From: Salpingoeca rosetta
Taxonomy: Eukaryota; Protista; Choanoflagellata
NCBI GenBank assembly: GCA_033442325.1
Contig: JAWQFM010000009.1
Span: forward strand, 464,471-528,470
Direction of reading: 5' to 3'
DNA: 64,000 nucleotides
Part shown: positions 1 to 13,342 of the stretch, in pieces
How the letters are laid out: each line of letters opens with the position of its first letter
Numbering within the stretch: the first letter of the stretch is position 1
Program-made: the position numbers and the translations under genes
Notes under the pieces: model-generated
What the model saw: only the letters and a program-made list of their open reading frames with translations
The model's database searches: none
Told to the model about the DNA's origin: nothing

Positions 1-362
1 TGGGCTACCCACACGGCAGCAAGCAGAAGCACGCGAGGAAGAAGTATCTGCTCGGATTCGCTGCCCTTGATCTCGAGGAGACGGCGCTGTTCTGTGTTGC
101 AAATCAGGTCAATTGTTGTGGTGCTGGCGCTATTGTTGTTGTTGTGGTGCTTTCCACGCTGTGATGGCGGTGTTGTGATTGTGTGCTGGTCGCGCATGTC
201 TCACCGTCGTGTGTGCCTGTCGCTCACATGCGCTGTCTGATGATAACGCTGATGGTTGTCATGACCACCAGTCCAAGCTGTTGAAGTTGAAGCGGCTGCA
301 GACTGCACAACTCGAAGGCGCTCCACCGGCCGGATTCATCAAACTCCTCCTGCAGGTACACA

Positions 363-395
<33 letters not shown>

Positions 396-604
396 GTTGC
401 TGTTGCTGTTGTCCCGGAAGAGGAAGAGTATGATGGTGGTGTGCGTGTGTGTGTGTGTCACATGGGTTGTTGTCGAGGTGGGCGAGTGCTTGTTGCTGAA
501 TGTGCATGTGTCTGGTGCCTTACATCATTGGCTCACACGATGCGACGATGTTGAATATGTTTGCAGCACACGCCTACACCCGTACCAAAGGACGAGGTTC
601 GTAA

Positions 605-664
<60 letters not shown>

Positions 665-1981
665 GCATGCGTTCACCCTGCATTCGAACCAAATATCAAT
701 CCAGCTTACTCGTGCACTGTTCTCGTTGCACATCGCCACCATCATCGCCATCATCACAGGCTGCTCCGTATCCGTCGTTGTCGCGCCGTCCCCGCGCCAC
801 TTCAGTCACAGACGCGGTCCGTGTTCGTGCCCTCGTGTGTGGTGGTGGTGGTGGTGTGTGTGTGTGTTGGTGATGCCGGACGCTCAGACTCATTCACATG
901 CACATGCACGCATACACATGCACATGCACACACACACACACATGCACATGTACACACCCCCATCACCATCACCACCTCCAGGAGGGTGGGCTGGTGTCGG
1001 TTCAGTGGAGCGGCAGCGCAGATGCGGACGACGACGGAGACGAGGACGCGGGCTTGGCGGCTGCCAGCTCATCGCTCGCTGGTGATGACGACAGCTTTGA
1101 TCACGGTCACTCGCGTCCCGTCAGTCCGTCGTCAGGGAGCGACTCATCACGGCTGCGGCGGCGGCGGGGGCGCAAGGAACCAGACACGCCACAGTCCATG
1201 GCAAAGCGGGCACTCGACACAAGCGTAGGGCTTTTTGTGTTCGTGGCTGATGGTGTATTGCGTGTGTTTGTTTGCTCGCTTTTGCTTGCCGTGGTTGATA
1301 CTGTGATCGTGTGTATGCGATGTTCATGTTGCTGTCGCCTTGTGTTTGCTCTTTGATGTTGCTTGCATGCAACCCATGTCCATGCCACCAATTCATTCAC
1401 ACCACTCTGCTCTGCCCGCGCTTCTGCCACCACCACCACCTTCACCGCCACTATCGCCACATTATGGTTGACACTGCAACCAGACGGACTTTGACATGTT
1501 TGCGCAGGTGCCCGTACACGAACGTCGTCCCAAGTTGGAGGCACTGATGAACGAGCTTGAGAGAATGGTCAGCAGGTGGCGTGGGATGTGGCCTCCGCTG
1601 TTGTGTTGTGTTGTGTTGTGTTGTGTTGTGTTGTGTCGTGTGCGCGTGTCATTCTCTGTACTTCTTTGTGCGGACCACGTCTCGGTGCCTGCTCACCCAC
1701 CGCTCATTGTCTGTCTGCATGCGCAAGCACAGCTGGAACTTGAGGCCATCACACGTAAAGACATTGAGGAGCAGATGAAACTGCCAGACCAGTCCGACAG
1801 CGAATCAGAGAGGTGCCGTGCCGTCTTGTCGCGCTGTTGTTGTTGACCGGGGGAGCTTGTGCTTGTTGTCGTTTCCTCGAGTTGTTTTGCTGTCCAAGTC
1901 GTTGTTTCACCACCAGCACCACCAGCACCACCAGCAGCGGTTTTACTTGTTGTTCTCGTCGTTGCACCTTTGTCACCAATA

Positions 1982-2072
<91 letters not shown>

Positions 2073-2229
2073 CACACACACGCACACACACACACACACC
2101 CGCTGCAGGTTACGTGAGAATCTGCGAATGTCTGACGAGCGGAGGGATTTTCTGCACCACCGCGCGCTCAAGTGCGCCAGTGCCATCATTTCCTGCGACG
2201 AAGAACTCTCCATGCTGTCATCTTCATGA
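1..2229 (+). CDS. Hypothetical multi-exon protein, 5' end outside window
   Basis: GT-AG flanked, codon-like blocks at approx. 1-107, 272-355, 397-427, 567-596, 760-816, 982-1224, 1508-1575, ~1730-1812, 2109-2229 (…LRENLRMSDERRDFLHHRALKCASAIISCDEELSMLSSS*). No family recognised; internal exon phases uncertain. Confidence 0.6.
1984..2099. repeat. (CA)n microsatellite, representative of dozens in this window
   Basis: Directly visible, immediately upstream of the acceptor at 2108. Confidence 0.95.
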
Positions 2230-2743
2230 GCAATGCACGTGTGTGTGTGTGTTGGATGGTTTCGTTGTGGTTGTTCGTCACAAGCATTGTATCTCTCCCT
2301 CTTCTCTTCTTTGTGTGCTACGTAGTTGGTTGGTTTGGTGTGCGGTTGCATGCATGCGACTGGCTCCACACTTCTTTCGCGGGTTCGGTCGTTATTTGCC
2401 CTGTTTGGTTTGTATTCTGGTTAGGACTGTTTGTCTGTTTGGTAGGCTGTGTACCACCATGCATTTGACATCGCGAATCAACGCGTGAAAGCATCACACA
2501 ACATGAAAGGATATTGGCACAGGTTGGACGTGGTGCCGATAGGGGGGGGGGGCGACACACACACACACAAACACACAAACACACAAACAAACACATACAC
2601 GCACACACACAAACACACAAACAAACACACACACACACACAAACACACAAACAAACAAACACACACATACAACAAAACAAAACCAAGCAACAGGCACATC
2701 CAAGCGCAACATCGTCATCTGCAATCTGATGTTCATTTGGCGT

Positions 2744-3754
2744 TCAGTGGAAGCCGCGGAGCTGGTGCTCTGGTGTGGTGAGCGGCACATAACGCACGTC
2801 AAGCAAGTGGCGCTTTTCAAGTTCGCCATCATCGTTCTTGTACACCTTGACAAACTCCTGGTAGCCGTGCTCGGGCCCCAGCGGCAGCACCATGGCCCCG
2901 CCCACGTTGAGCTGGTCAACCAAGTGCTGCGGCATCTTCGCTGCAGCCGCGCCAACGTGAATGGCGTCATATGGGCCGAGTTCGGGGTGGCCCTTGAACC
3001 CGTCGCCGGCAAACACGTGCACGTGCCCGGCGTCCATGCGCTTTGCCATCTCGGGACACTTCTTCAGGTTGCGCTTGGACATTTCCGCAAGCTCTGGGAT
3101 GTGCTCGACGCCAACAACGACACCCTCCGGTCCCACCATGCGGGAGAACGCCTCCACGAGCACGCCAGAGCCGCAGCCAATGTCCAGTACGCGCGCACCG
3201 GGCTTGAGCCTGTCGTGAAGACACTCGAGGGCGTACGCGTGCATGTGCGGTGCGGAGATGGTGCTGTTGTAGCCAATGTACTGTGGCGCGTCCTCGTATG
3301 GGGATTGGTCCTTTGGGACATACAGCCCGCGGTCTGTGGCGCGAAGGGCGGCCTCAACGTCATCGTGCTTGATGATGCCGCCGTTGCGCAGGTTCGACAC
3401 GAGCTGCGAGTTGCTTTTGGCGGAGCAGCGCCAGGCCATGTCGGCAACGCGTCGAAAAGCTTGCGAAAGCGTCTCTTCGGCTTCGTCTGAAGGAGGCAGT
3501 GCCACGACTGGGTCGTCCATTGGGGCAGTTGGTTTTGACGGGGTGTACAGGTCCGTGTGAGGAAGGTGTTGGTGGTGGTGTTGTTGGTGACGGGGTGGAG
3601 GTGAGCGGTGTTGTTCTTGTTGTTGGTGGTGGTGTTGTTCGCGTTGTTGGGTGTCGCGGTGGACAGTGGCACGCGTGCAGGGCGTGGGCACCAGGGGTAT
3701 CAGCAACAAGGCAAGGACGGTAATAGCCAAACAGCGGGTGTATCCTCGGTACAT
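2744..3754 (-). CDS. PCMT1: Protein-L-isoaspartate(D-aspartate) O-methyltransferase, intronless; in-frame ATGs at 3754, 3520 and 3439
   Basis: MAWRCSAKSNSQLVSNL, SPYEDAPQYIGYNSTISAPHMHAYALE, SAM motif VLDIGCGSG, GPYDAIHVGAAA, VRYVPLT: diagnostic eukaryotic PIMT motifs. Confidence 0.96.
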   Translation of the reverse strand: MYRGYTRCLAITVLALLLIPLVPTPCTRATVHRDTQQREQHHHQQQEQHRSPPPRHQQHHHQHLPHTDLYTPSKPTAPMDDPVVALPPSDEAEETLSQAFRRVADMAWRCSAKSNSQLVSNLRNGGIIKHDDVEAALRATDRGLYVPKDQSPYEDAPQYIGYNSTISAPHMHAYALECLHDRLKPGARVLDIGCGSGVLVEAFSRMVGPEGVVVGVEHIPELAEMSKRNLKKCPEMAKRMDAGHVHVFAGDGFKGHPELGPYDAIHVGAAAAKMPQHLVDQLNVGGAMVLPLGPEHGYQEFVKVYKNDDGELEKRHLLDVRYVPLTTPEHQLRGFH

Positions 3755-4303
3755 GAATGTGTGCGAGAACACGCGGGTGTGTGCGTGTGTGTGTGATGCG
3801 TGCGATGGAGAAATGCAGCTAGCACAGACATGAGCCAGGGAACTTACCAAAGCAAGCGAGCAAGCAAGAAGGTCGCGAGACAGACAGAAAAGTAAGCGCA
3901 AGAGGGGTGCTTGGAATCGATCGATCGATCGATCAATCAATCAATCGCGCAGTGGTCGCTGGAGTTGCTGCTGGGTGAGGTGGCCTGAGACAAGGGTGAT
4001 GTCGGTTGCGTGTGCTGTTTAGTGGAGTCACGGAAAGGAAGGAGCAGAGAGGAAACGTGGAAATGAAGACAGATACACGAGGAAGCAGCAAGAATGGTTC
4101 TATGGTGATGGCGGAGTGGTGATGTGATGATGATGCTGGAGCAACCAGCGAAGCAAGCACGGAGCAAGCAGAGCAAACGGAGCAAAGTAGCAGAACAAGC
4201 AAAGCACTAAAGCAAACGGAGCAAGCAAGCGCTGCTGCAACGATTGCGTTGGATTTGTTTGTGTGTTGCTTCGTGGTGTGTCATCGTTGATGACCCTGCA
4301 AAG

Positions 4304-4346
4304 AAAGGCAATTTTGCCTTTGTCCACAAAAGTAAAATTTGCCTTT
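4304..4346. promoter_or_regulatory. Two palindromic motif copies (AAAGGCAATTTTGCCTTT; AAAGTAAAATTTGCCTTT) in the PCMT1/SIRT1 divergent promoter
   Basis: Perfect 8-bp inverted repeat with 2-nt spacer at 4304-4321; degenerate copy at 4329-4346; recurs at three other divergent promoters. Confidence 0.55.
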
Positions 4347-4385
4347 GTGAGAACGACCAGCAGCGGAAGAAGACGAAGCGACACG

Positions 4386-5861
4386 ATGAGCCACAACAAC
4401 AACGTGCATGAGGATGGAACGATTGGAGCCAACGTCGAAGAGCAAGAGATGCAGCAGCAACAGCAACAGCAGGAGCAGCAAGATCGGGAACAGCAGCAGC
4501 AAGGAGGAATGGACAGTGATCCGGCTGAAAGTGCAGACGGGATTCCACCACCGAAACGGCCTCACATGCGTGAGTCAGTCAGTGGTGTCATCAGCAGTTG
4601 TTGTGTCATGCGTGGATGCCGGCTCTGCTTGGTTGTGCGTTGATTTGGACGTTCAGGTGGTGTGCTTCACTCTGTGCCAGGTTGTGCAGTTCGTTTAGTG
4701 CCACTCTGTGTGCTTCCCTCTGTACCAGACTGTGCCCTTCCCTCACTGTGCAATTCCTCCTGTGCCATCCTCACATGCACACTGCTGTTGCTGTTGCTGT
4801 TGCTGTTGGTGCTACTGTTGGTGCTGCTGTTGGTGGTGGGCAGAGGCTGAAGGAGCACAGGAAGCAGGCTTGAGCAGCGAATGCGAACAGGACCACGGGC
4901 CTGAGGGCAACACAGATGCCCTAGATGATGGCAATGGCCACGTTGTTGGGGACCAGAACGATGACGGCGAGGAACCGGACGAGGAGGAGGAACTGGGCGA
5001 CGAGGAGGAGGAGGAGGAGGAGGACACCAGGTTGCACCCAATTGACGTGGAACGTAAGCAGTCACTCATGCGTACAATTATTGCTGTTGTTGCAGTTGCA
5101 GCTGTTGAATGCCGCGGCTGTGGTGGCTGTTGAATGCTGCTGCTGACTGCAGCGCAGGCTCTCATGTTCACTTTGGTTTGAATGCAACGAAATTGTTCCC
5201 TACCAGTGATGAACAAGTGGTTCGTGCGCTATCGCCAGCGCGGCGGTACTGCAGACCGCATCATCGAGTACCTCAAGATGAGCTTCGCCTTTGAGGTTCC
5301 TCAAACAGAAGACGAGAAGTGGCAGCTCATCGCCCACGTTGCTGCTACCATCCTTGGTATTAATGTGTGTGGGTGTGTGGGTTTATGTGTGTTTGTGTGT
5401 GTGCATTTATGTGTGTACGATTGTATCCACGTTTGTGCGTGATTGTGTGTGTATGCGTGTGCGCGTGCGTTTGTGTATTTGCGTGTGTGTGCGTGATTGT
5501 GTGTATGCGTGTGCGCGTGCGTTTGTATCCCCGTGTGTATGTGTGTGTGTGTGTGTGTGTGTGCTGCCCTCACGTCGCAGTCGTGTATTCGTTGCTGTCC
5601 GCATGTCTTCATCATGGGCACAGGCAATCGCCTTCCGCGTCGCATCTCGTATCTGACGGTGGAGGAGCTGCTGAAGATGTCTGAGCGGATTGTCGTTATC
5701 GTCGGCGCTGGCGTAAGTGGCATTCAACCGCGCAAACAACCGCACGCGATGCACTCACCCGACCACAAATGCATGCACAGACAGGCAGACAGACAGCAGA
5801 CAGACAGACAGACAGACAGACAGCAGACACACACACACACACATAGACACACACACACATA

Positions 5862-5918
<57 letters not shown>

Positions 5919-8468
5919 CTCACCAGGACCACCACTTCTACTGTGACGTGATGATATCAGGTGTCGACATCGAGCGGAATTCCGGACTTTCGGTCCGAGA
6001 AGACCGGCCTGTACGCCCGCCTGAAGAAGGAGTACCCAACACTCCCGCGCCCAGAGGTGCCCGTTGTGCATGATGCTGCTGTGTGTGTACGTGTGCTGGC
6101 ATGCTTGTGGAAAGTGTGTAGTTGTGATACCTTCTCTTCGCATGTCCTTGTCTCCTCCCTTGCCAGTTCACAACTACCTTCTCCTTCCAATCTCACCACC
6201 CACCACTTCGCCACGACCCCGCCTTGCGCACATGCAGTCGATGTTTGACATGGACTACTTCCTCTACGACCCGTATCCGTTCTTTGAGTTTGCACGGGAG
6301 CTGTTCCCAGGCAACTTCCAGCCCACCCCGAGCCACCACTTCATCCATAGGCTCGAGGCTGCCGGCAAGCTGCAGAGGTGCGCGGTAGTGATGGTGACGA
6401 GAGGGGCGCTGTGTTTGTAAGCGCGCGCGTGCGTGTGTGTATATGTGTGTATATGTGTGTATATGTGTGTATGTGTGTGTATGTGTGTGTGTATGTGTGT
6501 GTATGTGTGTGCGCGCGCGCGCGAATGAGTGCTTGGACAGGACGATGCTTGAATAACCGAACAGTCACACCTCCCCGATGGTTCGTCCGTTGTCCACCGC
6601 CGCCACCACCACCATCATCACCAGGTGCTATACGCAGAACATCGACACGCTGGAGACCGCTGTTGGCATCAAGCGCCTCCTGCAGTGCCACGGGTCGTTC
6701 GCCACAGCGTCGTGCATTGTCTGCGGCCATAAAGTCGACGGCGAACACATCCGCAGCGCCGTCTTTGCTGGGGTAAGGTGCCATGGTCATGTGATGGTGG
6801 TGGTGGCAATGTGACGATGTGGTGGTGGCAATGTGACGATGTGGTGGTGGTGGTGGTGGTGGTGAATACATGCGTGGGGTGCGTGTGTGTTTGACCTTTC
6901 GTTCACAGGCGTCACTGTTTGCACCTCACTGTCAACCCCCAACTCCATCTCCCCCACCACCGCTACATCTGCGCAGGAGATACCGCTGTGTCCCGTGTGC
7001 CCGCCGCCCAGCCGGCCCCTTCGCGAAATAGTGGACGAAACATCCAAATTCCTCAATCTGAAGCACAGACAGTACATGGTTACGTCAGGGAGCAGCAGCG
7101 GCGACGATGACAGCGAAGATGGCAGCGATGATGACGGTGATGTTGTCAGTGAAGAAGGGACAGGGAGCACACCAACAACAGGTGCCGGCGTGACTGCGAG
7201 TGGAGGTGGAGGTGGAGGTGGTGATGGGAGTGGCAGCACGGCAGTGATGCAAACGCAGGAGGGAGGCGGCAGTGTGGTGGATGCGGCGCCGGCCAACGCT
7301 GGTGCCGTTTTGCAACAGGCAGTTGGTGGCGACAGGAGAGAACAGCAGCAGCAACATCAGCAGCAAGGGGTGCCGCAACAAGAGCAGCAACAACACCAAC
7401 AGGCACAAGAACAACAGCAAGAACAGCCACAGCAATCCTCCGCTGCCACTGCAACCACTGCAACCACTGCAACGGCACCACTGAACAACAGTGTGCATGC
7501 GCACCGCCAAGGCATGGACAGTATTTCGTTGTCGATGCCGCCCTTTTCGAATCTGCGCGACAGGCGCGTCCCCATTCTCAAACCGGACATTGTGTTCTTT
7601 CACGAAGGGCTACCCTCCACGTTTTACGACAATCTGGAGCCGGATCTAAACGCCTGCGACCTCATCCTCGTCATGGGATCATCCCTCCAGGTTTGTTTCG
7701 TTGTGTTCGTGTGTTCGTGTGCTTGTGTGCTTGTGTGCTTGTGTGCTTGCGTCGCTGTGTGAGTGTGCTGTGCAGGTGAGCCTTCTGCAATGGCAACCTG
7801 CGACAGCCTCACCCCTCCCCCCTCCCGAATCTTTCCACGGACGTCGACCAGGTTGGCCCCGTGAACATGCTGCCGAAGGTGTTTGACGGACCAAAACTAC
7901 TCATGAACCGCGAGCCCGTACACACGCACGAGTTCACGGCGGAGTTGCTTGGCAACTGCGACGACGTGTGCCGGCAGCTGGCGCTGTGCATGGGACTTGG
8001 CGACTTGCCACCCGGTCCACGGGACAGCATCGATGGCGTTGATGGTGATGGTGATGGTGCTGGTGATGGTGCTGGTGCTGGTGCTGGTGATGGTGATGGT
8101 GATGGTGATGGTGATGGTGATGGTGATGGTGATGGGAGTGTGGATGGTGGAGTGAAGGAGGGGGAGACAAAGAAGGAAGAGGAAAAGCAGAAGGAGGAGA
8201 AGAAGGGGGATGGGAAAGCGCAAGATGGCGTGCGGAACGACAGTGAAAACCGTGATGATGATGATGATGGCGATGATGGCAATGATGATGAGGATGACGA
8301 GGACGAGGTGACGTCCATGGTTCGCGAGTTTGCGCTTCGCAGCGAACCGGCTCTCAACTCCACCGGCGCCGCCATCGCCCACCACCACCCGCACAGGTGT
8401 GCGCCTGCTGTGACAATACTTGTGTTTCCGTGTGTGTTTGCTGTGTGTGTGTGTGTGTGTGTGTTTGC

Positions 8469-8500
<32 letters not shown>

Positions 8501-8525
8501 GTGTGTGTGTGTGTGTGTGTGTTTG

Positions 8526-8622
<97 letters not shown>

Positions 8623-8869
8623 AAGCGACGTGTGAGCGAATGTGTTTCATCCAGCCCTCCTTTTTCAACTTCCCATCACCTCACCTCCCTTCCGTCCCCC
8701 CTCTTCCCATATTCCACTTCAGGTTTGTGTTCTCGCCCCTGTGTCGTCGGTTTCTCCCTGCCGCCGCCCGCCGCGACTTCCTCCCGTTTCCAATCATGCG
8801 TACAGACGCGTGGCTCAGGCAGCCAACACCGACAGCGACAACAGCAGCAGCCAGCAAAGCCAACGATAG
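4386..8869 (+). CDS. SIRT1: NAD-dependent deacetylase, class I sirtuin (SIRT1/Sir2-like)
   Basis: Exons approx. 4386-4569, 4843-5053, 5207-5356, 5623-5712, 5961-6056, 6238-6377, 6625-6772, 6977-7690, 7852-8396, 8806-8869. Motifs GAG|[43 protein letters not shown]…[32 protein letters not shown]. Last exon less certain. Confidence 0.92.
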
Positions 8870-9102
8870 CTGAGAAAGGGGGAATGAAGACGGGTGCAAT
8901 CCACTCGCTCTCTTGCTCTCATGCTCGCACACACACAGACACACACACACAGACACACACACAGACACACACACACACAGGCAAGACACAGACGCTCGTA
9001 GAGCATGCTTCTCTTTGTGTCGGGAATGCGCTGTTTGCTGCGAGGTTGTGTCGGTTGTATTGTTTGTATTCAGTTACACGAAGCAATTACACATGCCAAC
9101 AT

Positions 9103-9146
<44 letters not shown>

Positions 9147-9198
9147 CAAACGCAAGAGACAGTGGGTGATCGGAGAAGGGGCAGAGATATCTGTACGC

Positions 9199-10109
9199 TC
9201 AGTTGTCTGGCAAGCACTGCAGTTGCAAAGAAAAAAGGCAAGGCCGTGAGCACACATGTCGACGCACACAGATGCACAATGGGGACGGGGGGGTTGAGAC
9301 GAGCAGGACGAGCAGGCATAAGGGAAGAGGAATGCAAGCAAACCAAACAAGCACCACAGGCAGACAGACAAACAGACAGGCAGACAGAGAGGCAGGCAGG
9401 CAGGTAGGCAGGCGGACGATGCAGCACACTAACGAGATATTCGATAAAGACGGATTGGACGTCTGTCTCCACAAGAAACTGCATGGACAATATGCCTTCC
9501 TCGTTGATCCGCACCTGAAGCGATCATAATGGTGGTGGTGGTGGCGGGCATGAGGAAGGGTGTGTTTGTGCACGTGAACAGGTTCAAGGTTTTGCACGTG
9601 AGCAAGTGCTGAGCGAGTGGCGTGACTGTTGTTCCCAACGACACACACGCAACAACGACAATGACCCAGCACGCACCGAGACTTGCGACGCGAGGGCGAG
9701 CGCCTTCTCTGACGGTTTCAACAACTTCAGCTTGTAGCTGAAACAACCACGTAATGCACACGCACACGCACACGCACACGTGTGACGATGGTGCAGTCGT
9801 GGTGTGAGGGGAGCACGCGGGATTGCCTGACACCCATAGCCATCACACACACACACACAAACACACACACACAGACACACACACACACCCATAAACACAC
9901 GTACTTGAACTTGAGGGGCTTGTCGCACTGGAAGGATTCGACTTTGTCTGATGTCTTTGGGCAGTCAATCTGTTCCATGCAGTGTTGATGCGTTGGGGGG
10001 AGGGTGTTGGAGAGTGAAGCAGTGAAGGTGGTCGGTGAATGGGCAGTGCACACACAGACATACAGACACAGATACACAGACACACGGACACAGACACAGA
10101 CACAGACAC

Positions 10110-10146
<37 letters not shown>

Positions 10147-10401
10147 CACACACACACACACCTGGCTTGTGCCCGCGGTTCCAAAGGTGCTGAGACGAAA
10201 GTGCGGGGCGGTGGGGGCGACGTAGAACTCAATGACGGTGCTGGTCGTGTCGAGCTCTGAGAACACCTCTGCCAACCAATCGCTCTGATCCACGAGGCAA
10301 TGAGGCAATGGGGCAATGGGAGGAGTCGATAGCATATGATGAAAAGCATACACACGTAACAAAGAGCCGCTGTTGGAACGTCACCCAAAGGCAGCAGTGC
10401 T

Positions 10402-10436
<35 letters not shown>

Positions 10437-11182
10437 CTTCATGATGACATTTGTGGGGATGGCTGCTGTTCGCATGTCAATAGAGGCAAACTCATCTGCT
10501 TCCTGGGTTCGAATGCTGCAGTCTGTCACCACCCCATGTTCCTCCAACCTGACACACAAGCACAAGAAGCAAGTGCAAGCAAGAGGTGAGAGAGGGGAAC
10601 GCTGAGTGGGCATGCATCGGTGCATTCATTGGCATACCACGAGATGAGGTGATGCAACTCACAGGAGGTTGAGACAGCTGCCATATCCTGCGTAAGAGAG
10701 CCGCAACGCCACGCCGTCCCCTTGGCCAAAGATGCTCAGGCACTCCTGCATCCCGTGTGAGTTGGTGGGTGAGTGAGTTGGTGGGTGAGTGAATGGGGGA
10801 ATGAGTGAATGTTGAGTGGGTGAATAGTTGAATGGTGGGTTTGCGAGAGTATTGAGTGAAGGCGGCAATTGGCAGTCGTGTGCGCGCGTGATGGGAGTGT
10901 GTCGTGCTTGTTGGCGATGAATGGCTCCAAGGTATCATCGATATCATCTCACGACGCACCAAGAGTACGCTGAGGTTGACTTTAAATTCGGCCACGTCCA
11001 TGTCCTCTTCTTCTGGTGTGAACCTGGGGGAGGGAAAGAGGATCGGCTGGCATGAGAAAACCACAGCCACAAAGGTGGAAAGGTGCAGCTACACACGGTT
11101 GCAAAGAGGGCTGGCGGGGGAGGGGGGAGGGGAAGAGCAATGGATGGTCCCAGTTTTTGCACACACACACACAGACACAAAC

Positions 11183-11222
<40 letters not shown>

Positions 11223-11658
11223 GATGTGTGTGTGTGCTTGCCTGTAGTCTGAGAAGAGGTCCTTGTGGAGAAAAGCGCGCGCTTGCACCGTCTTGGCTTG
11301 TTCACACGCAAACTTGATGCCTGCGCCCAAGATGGTGCAGGTGGCCTCGTGCGTAAACGCAATCGCCTTGAGCAATTTCGCTGCACAGCCAGCATCAAGG
11401 CGCATGGCGGGGGGGGGGGGGTGAGAGAGGTGAAGACAGGAGCGCGTCAAAGGTATCCACACGTCACAGCACACAGCGACAACACATTCACTCACACATA
11501 ATCGCATCCACACACATCCACACACATCCACACACATCCACACACATCCACACACACATTCACTCACTCATGAGCTTGGCGTCCTCCAGCCGTGCCTGCA
11601 GCAGCATGGGAGCCTGCGACTCCCCGACACTGCTCTGCATCGACATGGACATGGACAT
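9199..11658 (-). CDS. RAD1: Checkpoint clamp (9-1-1) subunit RAD1/Rec1
   Basis: Spliced: LLQARLEDAKLM|TKLLKAIAF…GIKFACEQAKTVQARAFLHKDLFSDY|…FKVNLSVLL|ECLSIFG…LRLSYAGYG|LEEHGVVTDCSIRTQE|…FRLSTFGTAG|…YKLKLLKPSEKAL|RINEEGILSMQF…FIEYL|CLPDN*, colinear with Rad1 family. Confidence 0.93.
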
Positions 11659-12004
11659 GATGACTGCTGTATGGGGTGCTGTGCTGTTGTGGTGGAGTTA
11701 GTGGTGGTTGTCCTTCCTCTTCCCGTCGTTTGCTGCTCTTCGTGTTTTTCGCGCCGTCTGCACTCTTGTTTCACGTTCAGACGTGTTTTGGCGACAACGT
11801 CATTTGGGTAAATGTTCCTTGAAGTTTCTACAACCAATACCGCCACGAACGACCGAACGCTGAGGAAAGGGAAACCAAGCAAGGAAAGGGAAACCAAGCA
11901 AGGAAACCAAACCACAGTGCAGACAACATCAACTCGCATTCACCAAGGAAGCGAGCGAGGGGCAAGCAAGCAGGGAGAGCGTGCTTTGGCTTCTTGTGGG
12001 CAGG

Positions 12005-12752
12005 ATGGGAAGGCCAAACGCGAGGCTTGGCGTGGGTGCGTTGGTGGCGGTCAAGGCCAAGAGCCTAAAGCCGGAAGCATGGGTGCGCCCACTGCTTGGG
12101 GACAGCTATGACACGGCCATTGTCAACGACCTGGAGGTGATTGGGCTGGAGGAAACCATCAACCTCACGGGCAAGCGCAAGGCCAAGAACAAGATGCGCT
12201 CCGAGCACGGCATCGTCTTCATCCCTTACGTTCGCATGCGCTGGCGCTCGCACCCCGAAATCGTCTCTGTGTACGCCGTGCCAGGCCAGATCAAGGTGCT
12301 CCAGCTTGGCCCACCAGAGCACATGTTCCTCTTCCAGCACATGGTGACAGGGAGCGGTGGCTCGTCTCGGGCCCCAAACATCTTCCACCACCTGGCCGTC
12401 TCAACCCCTTCCCCGCAGAGGTCCAGGACCAACGACCGCCCTTCAGCGCCCTTCACGCCAGCCGCAGCAACCCCAGCAGCATCATCAACCGGAACCACAC
12501 CCGCAGGTGCCTCTCTGCCGGGAGCCATGGTGCCCACACCTGCTCGCCCACAGCCGTCTCCACAGCATCTGCAGCAGCAATGGGTGACCTCCCTGACCAA
12601 CAATGGTCGCATACCACAGGAGCAGCAACAAGAACAACAACAACAACAGCAACAACAACAACAACAACAACAGCAACAACAACAACAACAACAACAACAA
12701 CACGAACAACAACAACAACAACAACAACAACACGAACAACAACAACAACAGC

Positions 12753-12804
<52 letters not shown>

Positions 12805-13342
12805 GCAGCAAGAACAAGAACAACAACAACAACAGCAAGAACAAGAACCAGAAGCGTTGCCTGCTCCACAAGCTGCGCAGCTGGAGGAAGTAGCACAGGC
12901 GACAACTGGCAATGCGCTGCCCTCTCCTGAACGTTCGTCGTCTTCATCCTCGACGTCGTCAAGCGAGCGTCAAGCAATCAGCGGCAGCACTGGCAACATT
13001 ATTGACCCCAGTGCGCCAGCGTCAACGCAGAAAGCAGGCGTAGAGCAAGAAGTCGTGGTGGCCCTTCCACAGGCGAGCGCACAACAGGCCCACATGACCC
13101 CTGCTGTGGCAACAGGTGCCACCACCACCACCGCCACCATGGGCGGCGGTCACCAACAAGAGGCGGCAATCGACAGGCAACAACAACAGCAAGCGGCTGC
13201 GGTAGCTGGTGGTAGCGAGGGCATTGCTATCACAAACACAGAACAGCAATCACAAAGCACAGGTGACGACGACGGGGGTGACTTGGCTGCGAAGCGTGCC
13301 AAGGTGATGGACACCCAAGCTACAACGAACACCACGACATAG
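12005..13342 (+). CDS. Intronless protein: ~110-aa globular N-terminal domain followed by Pro/Ala-rich and polyQ low-complexity region
   Basis: 445-codon ORF from ATG 12005 with coding-like codon usage in 12005-12340; CAA/CAG tract ~12617-12845. Confidence 0.75.

Noticed and set aside
3916-3946. (GATC)n/(AATC)n self-complementary run upstream of PCMT1
   Set aside because: Tetranucleotide microsatellite seen only once; the ORF start called at 3940 is not an ATG.
6796-6850. 22-bp tandem duplication (GTGGTGGTGGCAATGTGACGAT) in a sirtuin intron
   Set aside because: Two adjacent copies with no spacers; simple slippage, not CRISPR-like.
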